This document shows, one piece after another, positions 48,201-60,200 of a stretch of 64,000 nucleotides of DNA. Made by a program: the position numbers and the translations under genes. The stretch's first letter is position 1; every line of letters begins with the position of its first letter. Under the pieces are notes generated by a model that saw nothing but the letters and a program-made list of their open reading frames with translations, ran no database searches and was not told where the DNA came from. The stretch is from Glaucostegus cemiculus (lineage: Eukaryota): assembly GCA_976551045.1 (NCBI GenBank), contig CDPCPM010000281.1, positions 2,976,001 through 3,040,000 on the forward strand, written 5' to 3'.

Positions 48201-51200
48201 TCAGATTCACGTCAATATTTAAGCAATTACTGGGTTGGGGTAGGGGAGTGCTTTGGGTTGGTAGAAATGTAATCAATTGCAATTGAAGTACAAGGCGTCA
48301 GGTAGTTTTATCACTTGCAAGTTAAAACATACAATTGGGTTATTATGATGTTGCTCATTCAAATTTGAAATACCTCTATAAAGATATCTCAAAAACTTCC
48401 AAATATCTTACGTTTCAGATTCCAGAGTTTCTCAAGCTAAATCAGAGGGTATTAGCATAACAAACAAGGAAAGGCTGTTACCAGGAAGGAAATCCCCATT
48501 CCAGCTAAGACCAGTCCAATCATCAGCAGTGAGCTCTGCACCAAAGACTATTATTGGATGGTGAAGGTGGTGTAATACCCAACTTATATCCATTGATCCC
48601 TTCTAAAAAAGGTGCAAATATGTTGATTTCCCTCAAGAAAAGAGCAAAATTGAGCCTATAGTAGAATATCCTCCCAGGGTACACTGTCCAGACGTGTATA
48701 AAGAACTGTCAGCAAATATTGAATTCTAACAAACATCAGTTAGTTCTATACAAGGGGCAGGAAAATGTTGGAGGAGAACAAAAGAGCTCATCGGATTACA
48801 ATTACCCAAGAAGTAAAAACTATTTTGTGAAAATGGCTTTTAGAAAAAAAAATCAGTGGAAAGATACAGCACATGTAAAAATAATGTGACTAGAATGCAA
48901 TACTAACTTAATTTCAAAGTCTGTGTGAAAGGCTTGGGAATTTATCTGGACCTTTAATCATCCAGATATTTCTAAACTAGTGAAAGCAAGATTTAAATCT
49001 TAGCAAACAGCAATATAATAAAAGTAAAAGCAGCCAAGTCCAAGTCCAGTTTCATTCACATGTACAAATTCCGTTGTGTTCAGTGATTTTAATATACCAT
49101 CACCTCTTCCTTCTCTCGATCTGGGCAGAATGATAGTTAAAACTGAATCTTGCATTAAAAAGTGTTAGTGTTTAGAGAGGGACCTAGTACTTCTTGCAAA
49201 TGATTGGCTGAAGGTTAACATGCAAATACAGGGGCTCCCCAGGTTACGAATGACCTGGCTTACAAAAATCTGACTTTACGCATATTTTCCCATACATATT
49301 TTATAGCATTTTTCAAGCTAGTAATAATAATGTTTCATGGTTTTCATTAATGACCTGATATGGTATATATTACATTAGTTTAATTATGGGTAGCGCTAGG
49401 CTGATTATTCAGTGAAATGAAATTATAGCTAGTGCATGCAGAGCGATACAATATGGGAGGCTACAGAAAATGGGAGTTTCTAACTTGCAGAGAAATCAGC
49501 TTATGGACAATTCTCAGAAACGGAACCCCTATGTTACCCAGAGGCTGCCTGTACAGCGAGCAATTAGAAAGGCAAACGGTATGTTCACCTTGATTATCAA
49601 AGTATTCGAGCAGAAAAGTGAAAAAGTTTTCCAGAAATTATGTAGGATCCTGATAAGACAACAACTAGAATATTAGGCAAGGAGACCCGTCTTGTACATA
49701 AGGAAGGATATATTTGCAATAGAATACAAAGGTTCACCAACTTGATTCCTGAGATAGAATGGTGCAAATTATACTATAAGGGAGAGATTAAACAGATCAT
49801 GCCTATATACTCCATGGTTTAAAAGAAAAAGATAGTCTCATTGAAACATACAAAATTCTTATGAGACTTGACAGGGAAGAATCAGGGATGACAAATGCCC
49901 TGGCAGGGTGTCTAGAATCAGGGGTAAATTATTCACACTGAGGTAAGAAATATATTTTCTCACTGGATAGCAATTCTTTGGAACTATGTACCCAAAGGCC
50001 TGTGGAAGCTCAGTTGCTGAGTTTATTGAAGACAGAGGTCAACAGATTTTTGGATAATAAGGGAGTCAAGAGATAACAGGGTTGGTGCTGTAAATTGATG
50101 CTGAGACAAACAATCAGCCATAACCATACCGAATGAATGACTAGGCATGAGGGGCTAAATGGCCTAATCCCATTTCTCATCTACTAAGTAAAGGCAGACA
50201 GAGGTCATGGGCTGAATTTCCATTAATACCTCAGTATCTGGTAAGACTGTCTGCATTCTGTCCCATTTATTTCATTTCCTCAATTCCACTTTCCTTCCTA
50301 TGCATACGCTATGACATGGTTCCACAGAAACCAGAAGCCCATTTGTATCATGCCCAGATGGCCTTCTTTGTTTGTCTGGAAATAGCATGTTTGTTTTGGT
50401 AGCCAAGGGCATCAAAGCTAAGCGATGTCAATGCACATATATTGTAAAGCAGAGATTGCTGGATAGTGACCGCTGTCTGATTTTATCTCTTCCTAAGCCC
50501 AAGGACACTCAAGCTAAATGCAGTATCTCAAATGCCCAGCAGGCAACAGTTTGAATTGAAAAGTGAAACTTGGAACTGTGTGTTGATTTGTTTGTGCTCC
50601 GATCAGTGGAGGTGACTTGCTATTTTTAATTTCATAAGTGAAGTTATCAATAAACGTAATCCACAGTCATCATAACGACCAGGGTTCTGTGGATAAGTAT
50701 CCCAACACTTGCATTTTTAAGAATTAACTAATCAACATTATTACTTCAGCTTATATCCACAATATCCACAGGTAGAGAAGGGAAAGAATTTTTGTGAACG
50801 TACATACCAACCTGAATTTTATTATTCTAAATGTGATAATGTAGATAACTGTAGCCAGCCCAGAGAGTGCTCATCTATGCTTGGAAATTTCAGGCTTCAC
50901 AGCAAAATATTATGGCATCTCGTTTTTGATGGATGTATACAAAAGCACAAAGCTTTTTTTTTGTACAGACCAGCAAATCTTTTGCGATATTATTCATAGT
51001 AAATTGATTTATAATAACAGGACTGTTATATCAAGTAATTGATAATGGCTCAGAATTGGCAGCCATTACACCTTCACTTTCCATCAGCATTTGCATTAGA
51101 ACTTGATAACTTGAAATCCATTTCAGTGTGGCAGCCTGCAATGATGGTACAGGACCTGGATGAAGTGCGTATCAATGAGTATCTGTTCGATCAACCAGAC

Positions 51201-54200
51201 CGAACAGCTCAGAATCTCTGGTGAGAATCTAAACTAGGAAGTGTGGCTCAGAATATTTAATACTTACAAAACCATGCTCAAAAATCAGAAGGAAGGGAAG
51301 ATGGGATTGAAAGAGAAAAATCAAAATTGTTTAAAATTTTACCGCTTAAAAAAATTTCCAACAATAATTAAAATTTTCCAGCTGAAAGGAACTTTTTATG
51401 GCAATTACATCTCATCACACCATTTAAAATCCATTTACAATACTATAGGCACTATTTTCTATTGAGTTTAATGAGTAGGTATGTTAACCTCATACTTTCT
51501 GGTGGATTCGGCAATGATAGTGTCATTGAACATTAAGGACAAATGGTTGGGTTCACTCTTGCTGAAGTTGTCCATTGTCTGGTAGTTGTGTGGTGCAAAT
51601 GTTACTTTTACTACATTAGTCAGACCCCGAATGTTGTCTAGGCCTCACTGCATGTGCGTGCAGGCAAAATTCATGTCTCAGGAGTTGGGAATGCAAATGA
51701 ATAGGGTTTATCAATCACCTTTGAACGATGCCATCAATTTTCTCATAATGAACAAAAGGTCATTTGATGCACCAGCTGAAAATGGTTCATCTCAACTGCT
51801 CTTAGAAATGCCTTTAATAACGTCTTGGGATTGACATTATTGTCCTCAAACAATCACAATCACCTTCCTTTGCGTAAGATGTTCCAGCAAGGATTCACTG
51901 ACCTCTCCTCCTGTTGGTGGTAGACAACTAAATTATGAAGAATAGGGACATTGGCTCAACTATAATAAAGCCCATCTGTCCCAGTAGGAATTACTGGCAG
52001 ACTCCATTTGAATATCATAACTGCCTGTTAGATTTTTTTGCAAACTTTCATCTGAAATACAATACCAACCACAAATATTTTTTTAATCAAACAGTGGAGT
52101 AGTTGGGGAAGAAAATAAATATGCAGTTATTAATCAACACTATAATCATTAGCTGCAAGTTTCTCTTTATGGAATGAAAATCTGACAACATGCACCCCTG
52201 AAAACTTGGATGCAAGACAACTCACGATAACTCAGGCATATTATTCTGTATCAGATTCCAATGCTTAAATATTTTCTTTGACATTATTACCTTATTCCTT
52301 CCTTCCCTCTCCTGTCCTACAGGCACAATCGATGACTAAAAATGCAGTAAAAAAAAAATACAATGCGCATTTCCAGTACTCAGTTCTTAACCCAGATCAA
52401 TGCATGCAATGTCAGGAAAAAAACCAGTATCTTCCCAAAACCAGTGAATCATTGTGGTTATACATCTACCAAAATATATCCACCAAAATATCCAAGTTCC
52501 AGCAGGATATTTATTACAAAATTTACGGAATATTTCTGGAAAGTAGCAGGGTAGCAAAGGAAATTCACAGTCACTGCACCATTAACACATTCAAGCATAA
52601 TAAATAATAAAAATAATTTTTAATTGAAGCTTGGTAGAATTAATCCTACCTGAAGGAAACCTCCCATCATCTGATCACTTAATGGTATCAAATAAATGTT
52701 AAAAATCCCAAATAAACTTTGCGCTGTAATTTCAGGTGAAGAATACAGCAGGGTGGGAGCAGTGAAAATCAACAAAAAGGTAGGGGAGAGAAAGAGCAAA
52801 ATGATTTATTTTTAAAAAATGGCAAAATACATTTTCCTTGTGTAAACATAAGACCACAAAGACTACTTTATTGACATGACAAAGGAACTCATAAACATAC
52901 CTATTTGGTTTCTAACCGACTTTCCCTTCTCCACTTCTTCGGCTACTTTTACCTTGGAGAAAGTCATTACTGAGGTGTTGTCCTTCTCCATATCTTCATC
53001 ACTTCTGTTATCATGTTCACTTTCGTCCTCTTCCTCCTCGCCGCTATCACTTTCTCCTAAATCATCCATGCCTTTTGTGAATTCCTCAAAGTCTTTGATT
53101 TTTTCAAAGTCAAAGTTGCTTTCATTCACTGCTTTACACAAAGGTTCTTTGCTATTCATTTCCTCAATATCTTCATCCTCGGTACTTTCCACATTGTCGG
53201 TCATTTCTTCCTCTTCATCTAACAATTATGAACATAAAACATTATAAGTTTTAAACAGCTTTAATATTTCATGCTTTTCCCTACTTGTTTAACAAATATT
53301 ATATATCTCAGAAACATTTTTATATACATATTGAAAGGGTATTTAAAATAATTCAGAATTTCCATTCAAAAGTTTCGACTGCATAACCTAATGGGAATTC
53401 CCTTCAGCTTTAAGGATTTACTAAAACTGGGAGGCGAGACCACTGCTCTACAACACCTTAAGCTGGCAGCCTTCATACAATTTAATTCTTCATCAGCCAT
53501 GCAAACTGAAACGATAAGATTAATCAGATGACTCAATTTGGTAGGAACCCTGCTGCCAGGTTAAATTGTTACATGGTGAATGCAAATTTTCAAAATGTCA
53601 GAGGCTTTCATGAAGATAATTCATAGTCTACCAAATGTTTCAAGCAAACACTGACAGTATGAATTATCCAGTATGCAAGGTGGAATTCAATGGGATTCAT
53701 AACTTTCTCTGACTTTTTTTTGTGTATTTCCAAAAGCAAGATATTTAGACAAACTCCAAAAGACAAAGTCATGAGTTGTACAATCTTGTGACGAACAGTT
53801 ATTTAATAAAGAATAAGTTCACAGGAACAGATTCCAGTCACTTTTAAAGTAATATTAACTAAGGAACGCCACGGCATTTTGACATTTACAAATATTGTAA
53901 TAATTGCAATTCAACTAAATGTCTGCTGCTTCCTTCAGCAAGTGCTCAACTCCCTGTTACGCATTATAAATAAAACTTAAACTTCACAGATTTAACATCC
54001 GCACCAATTACACAATATTTATTTTTTGTAAAATCCTAATGCAGCCCATTAAATAAAAATCTGCATTTTAAAACCCATATTATTGTAGCTAAAAACAGAA
54101 ACAAAATGTGAAAACAATCACTATATTTTTAACTGAATCCTGCTTGATCAAAGATCTTTTTATAGTTTACTTTTCAAGCTAGCAAATGGAGAGAGTAACA

Positions 54201-57200
54201 ACAAAAAATCAATTACTTTTCCCTAAGCATTTGAAAATATGAAGCATACAAGTGAACATGTTTACTAGAATTACTTATAACTATGAAAATACTAAGGAAT
54301 ATCTCCTACCTGATGCGTCAGAGTAAGAATCCTCTCTGGCCTCTTCTTGTAATGCCTTTCGAGTGGTTGCCTTCCCAACATACCTCCTGTCTGTATCACA
54401 TAGCAAAGCTGATGCTTGTTTCCGCAGCTTACTGTCAAATGTGAGGTTATCATCTCCCTCATTGAATCTGTCAATGACTTTGGCAATGGTTGCTGCAAAG
54501 GAAAGAGAAAAGTTTAGTCCAAGAAAGCACCTAGTTTTAACTATGGCAATAGCTGCAGTCAATTCACCACATGAAAGTGCATGTATTTCAGTGTAAAATG
54601 GTTCAATAATATTCTTTTAATAGCACAATTTACAGTTATGTTTGCTGCCACCCTGCTGAAATTGACATTTTGAGTGTGGGTGGGTTGCTTCCTACCTGTA
54701 CTCTATTCTCCATTAATACCCTTGTTATCGAACTACCATACAAAAGCAGAATATTACAGACTAAGTTGAAATGCAAACTGTTTTGTTCTCTACACATGCT
54801 GCCTGACCTGCTGAATGCTTACAGCATTTCCTATTTCTATTTCATGGGCAGGCGTGTTTGTTTCACCTCCACAGTCAGACAATCCCGTTAATCAAAAGAA
54901 ATACAAATAAAAATTAATGCAGATGCCAGAAGTCTGAAATAAAAGCAGAAAGTGCTAGAAATACTCAGCAAGTCAAATTGTATCCCTGGAAGGAAAAACT
55001 CCAAAGATATTTTAGCTCAAAGACGTTTCATTAACAGTGGGAGGAAGTGGAGAAAAATCTTTTTTTGTTTTACATGCAGAGAAGGAGAGGAAGGGGGAGA
55101 GAACAAAATGAAATGTCAGTGATGGAGTATGCAAGAGCAATCGGGTGACAGAAGAGGTGATAGTGCAGAGTAATAAAAGCTCAGGGGAAGTTAAAATGCA
55201 GAACAATCATGTGACATCAAAGGAATTAAGAAGTAACACAGGGAAACTTCAATAAAAATAATGTTTATTTGAAATTGTTGACTCAATGTTGAGTCCGGAA
55301 AGGTGTACTATGCCCAGTCGGAAGATGAGGTGCAGTTCTGAGCTTCCATTGAGTTTGGCTGGAACACTATAGGAGGATGAGGATTGAGGGGTAGGAGTAG
55401 GAATGAGAAGTAGTAAAATGACAAGGAGCTCAGGGTCATGACTACAGACCGAACAGTGGATGTCTGCAGGAAGGTCACTCAACCTGCATCTGATCCCTCC
55501 CAGGTGTGGAAGGCCATGTGATGAGCATTGAATTCAATGTAGTAAATGGAAGTCGCACAAGTGGACCACTGCTTCACCTGGAGCCTTGAATGGTGTGGAG
55601 GGAAGAGGTAAAAGAGTAAGTTTTGCACTTTTTATAGTTACATTGGAAGGTGCTTTTGAAAAAGGAGTGCATACTGATGGAGATAGAAGAGTGACCTAGA
55701 GTTTCTGGCAGGTAATATTCCCTCTGGAATGTGGAGGAGAAGATGTATTTGTCTTTATCACAAGATGATGTGTTGGATGTGAAGAATAGTGGGGCAGAAA
55801 GCGAGGTCAAGAGGAATCCCAAGCAAAATAAAAACAATCTGCTGTTGGAACTCAGTGGGTCGAGCAGCATCTGTGGGGGGGGGGGAAAAGAATTATCAAT
55901 GTTTCAGGTCAAAACCCTGCATCAGGACTGAATCCTGCAGATTCCAGCATCAGCAATCTCTTGTGTCTCCAAGAGGAATCCAACGCTGGTTCAAGGAATT
56001 GGCAGAATGGGAGAACAGCAAGGTGTAGGAAATGGAATGGACATGGTCGAAGATCCTATTCTTGCTCTGAATCCAAGTTTCAACACCTTTGCTGCCAACT
56101 CTACCCTGCTCTCACTTTCACATGAGACAACCATGACGATGCCTTTGCCTTCTTTTTTACTTCTCTTTATGTTTTAAGGATATGGTAGCAATCACTAACT
56201 CCAAGCACTACTTTAACTGTTTTCTATAAGGACTCAATTGCATTCCCTCAGTTTCTCCACCTCCACAATAGATGAAGGGAATCCATGGTTGAAGGAAGAG
56301 GAAGACTGGCAATGGAAGGTAGCATCATCAGCTCAAATGTTATGGAGATGGAGAAACTAATGGAATGGAATAGAGACTGTATAAGAAGCCAGGTGGGAGG
56401 AAGTACAGTGAAGGTAGCTAGCGGCAATCACCGATTCTAGCAGGTCCCCAGAAAAATAAGTAAAAGGAAATAGCCTGAGGTGGATCATGTGGAAGTAAGA
56501 ACAGAGATGGAAGTTGGCAGCAAAGGTGATGAAATCTGAATTCAGGATGAATTCCAGGAAAAGATACAGGAGCTGAGAAGCCTGGACTACCAGATTCAAG
56601 AACTGCTTCTTCCTCACTGCTATCAGACTTGTGAACTAATCACGCCCTTTCACATCCCTTTCCCTGTGGTGCTGCCACATTCTCAAACTCGTTAACTCCA
56701 TCCCTTCTGTTATTGTCACTTAGCGTTTCTTTTTGTACACCATCAGTTTGTACTACTACACTTTTCACCATTCTGGTTTTTTTGCACTCATCTATGTATT
56801 TACTGTTGTATTTATTATTACCATGTATACACTCTATTCTGCGAGCTTCCCACGAGCAATGAAATTCATTGCACCCTGGTGTATGACAATAACTAATCTA
56901 ATCTGATTTGCAAAATCAGCAGAAATACAGATATCAATGCAATAGAAAAAAAGAGGTAAGGGAGCAATTCCAAGCCGGCCCTGAAATTGAAATACTCAAT
57001 GCATCCCACAAAGCTTCAGGTGTAGTCTGGATCTAATATGGATTCCTACAGCAATACCTTCTGTATGGTTTGTATGGGAATCCAATCAAATTAAAAGGGA
57101 ATAACTAATTTAGCACCTTACTAAAATATACTTGGAACAGTACCCCAAATACAAACACAATAGGACAATGTACCAATTATGTTGATTAAAATTCCTTCCA

Positions 57201-60200
57201 ATTTTCTACAGATGTTAAAATGTTCACTGTCAATTTAGTTTGTGATGGAAGACAACACATCTCCATGCTCAGACTGCAGCCAGTGCTTGCACAGACTCAC
57301 AAAAATCAGACAACTGTCCTTTTTTTCTGGACCCTTTTGAGAATTTTGTGACATTCCGGGTGCCGTTGGTGGCCTAATCTAAAATGGAAAAGTACTGTTC
57401 TCAGGCATGATCTGGTTGGCTGCAGCAAGTGTAATAGGTCAAGCTACAACTAGCATTGTGATAGTAGACATGGTGTGGTTTATGTAAAATGGGTTTCCTG
57501 ATGTTTAGGTACATAAATTTGCTGAGAGTAGCTCCGCCTACTTCAAAATGTACCATTCGCAAACTGTAGAAATGATAGAATAACATGAAAACATTGCCAG
57601 AAATGAGGTTCAGAAATCGCATTCAAATAAATTTAAATGATGCAAGTAAGCAAGCAGCGCCTGTAAGGCTTCCTAAAATAGATAATTTTAATATTAAAAA
57701 TTTAATCTTTTATTTTTCAACAGCAAGTGGTTATCTGTCATATTCGGGAATCATAAGCCTATTAAATGCCGTCATGTATGAAAGCAAAACTAGCTTGACT
57801 ATGATGAATTATTGCATGATTATTGGAGATGGGTATATATGAAGTAGACAGTAAAACATATAGTACACAGATGTGATAATGGAGCTGCATCAAATCAATG
57901 GAAATACAAATAGAAATTTAACTTTGAATTCAACAACAGTTAGATTATTAAATTACCACCTGGCTTCTACAAACTATGTAGGCTATACTTGACTAAAATG
58001 ATCTTTTTGCTGAAAATCCAAAACTTCCCAAGAAGAAATTATGAATCCTCAAAATAATCTCAAAGATTAAGATGAGAAGAAATTAAAGAAAAAGGTGAAG
58101 ATTTCCAATCACTCATACAAGGTTGAACAGAAAAGCTCTGAACACAAGAGCAAAGAGCTGTCCTTCACATTTTTCAGAAGGCTAATTTGTGCTGTCCCTC
58201 AAGACTTTAAATGAAACACTGTCCAAAAACTTGACCACAAAATACAACCAGGCAGAGACATCTTGCCACTAAAGAGCTGAGTGTGCTAACACCAACCAGG
58301 GACGGATCAAGATGGAGAAACACAGGGAAAACTGTTAACAGAAAGCTGTTTAATATTAAAGTGCGAGAAACTGACGTACACCGCAGGTGAAAAATGAGTT
58401 CCGATTAGGTTTAATTTAATATTCAAAACCTTGCAATCAAATATTCTGTTTATGGAAGAATAAAAATTCCATTTATCACATTTTGTCAGCATCATTGTTA
58501 ACACAAAAGGCACTTTAGTGCCTCCCATCTCCTTATTGAAAGTGCCTTCCAAATCTCTCCAGAGAATTTGGTCCACCATCATGAAAATCACATTAGTGGA
58601 AATTACAGTTAGAAATTATGACCTGGCACAGCCCCAACTGTCCTATATTTTCATTATATATTGAAGCTACTTTAATTCTTTTAGCTCTGTGATCCACTGG
58701 TACTATAAATATTGTAAAATATGTAACCAGAAACACATGGCTTTAATGCCAAGCAGAAAGAGACTTTCCACCTTTAACTCATTTCAGATTTAATGTGGAA
58801 ATAGTTTGATCAACTAAATACAAAAGAGTGCCAATGAATCAGGCAACTTGGGGTAAAACACAAGAACTCTGATAAATCTAATTCTTCTCTTAAAAGTGCT
58901 ACTGGCTCTCTAGTGAATTATTGAGTGAGGGTGTCACTGTGGGGGGTGACATTGTTCACATGGGACATTAAGCCAAGTATGCCCTCTCAGCTCGGCACAG
59001 AAGATGCAATCATATTACTAGAAGAAAAGCCAAGAAGCTCTCTCAGCACCTCAGCTAATTAAAAATCTCAACCAAAACAGTTTAATTGGATGTTATTTTC
59101 ACTCTTGTAAGAGGCCTAGCTGTACATAAACGTTCTGCTTTGTCTCCCAATATTACAACATAAATAATTAATTGGTTCCAAAACCTATGGATGCCCCAGG
59201 ACTTGATGGCACATCACAGAAGAAAGTTACTTCTATTCTTTTACTTTGTAAAATATAGAGAAAATTTGAACTTTTACTCAAATAGGAAAGCTCTGAAATT
59301 AAAAAAATAACTGTATGTACCTGCACATTTATAAAATTGGAAATCTATATGGTCAAATAAATCTAAAATTCTGCACAGCTGTAAACAATCATTTGCATAT
59401 TTTACTACAATATATTTCAACATCAAAGTACAACAAAATAAACCCATCCTGAAGATTGATAAAGCTGGAATTCTGTGCAAATAAAGCAACATCCAACCAT
59501 TCCTATAAAAAGAAAGGTTGGATATTTTCTTTCACATACAATGAATATCTAAGTGCTTCCCCTTTCACATACAATGAATATCTAAAGGTTCCCCTAAGTG
59601 CAACCTTTCTTTTTATAGGAATGGTTGGATTTTTTGGTCTTCCTGAGGTATATGCAGCAGCTAGTTTTTATAAAGCTAGGTTCTACAGACAACAATGAGA
59701 TGAATGACTGATTGATCAATTTTGGCTGAAAAGGGAAATGATAAGAGTTGAAAAAGGTTCTCATATTCTCTAGCCTGCCCCACCATTCAATATGATCATG
59801 GCTGATCTATGCTGGCCTCAACTCTTCTATGCCAGTTCCCCATAAACCCCAATTCCTTAACCTTTCAAATATTTATACATCTCCACCTTAAATATATCTA
59901 ATAACCTGGCCTTTAATACCTTCCAAGAGAATTTCTACACACCTCAGTTTTAGCAATGTCTCCCCGTTCATGACTCTCCACTAGTGAAAATATCTCAACA
60001 TCTACCCTGTCATCTACCCTCATATAATTGAATAAGGTCACCCCTCTGCTAAACTACAAGGAATACAAACACAAACTGTATGGCCTCTTGAGATCATGTC
60101 TGAATATACTAGCACCTCCAACAATGTAGCACTCCTAAAGCCTTGTAATAAGGTGTCAAAAGTAATTTCTGTACTTGAGTCCCTGACATGGCAGCTTGAA

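Noticed and set aside
52876-53247. Ser-rich 123-aa + strand ORF
   Set aside because: It is the antisense shadow of the acidic AATF exon 3.
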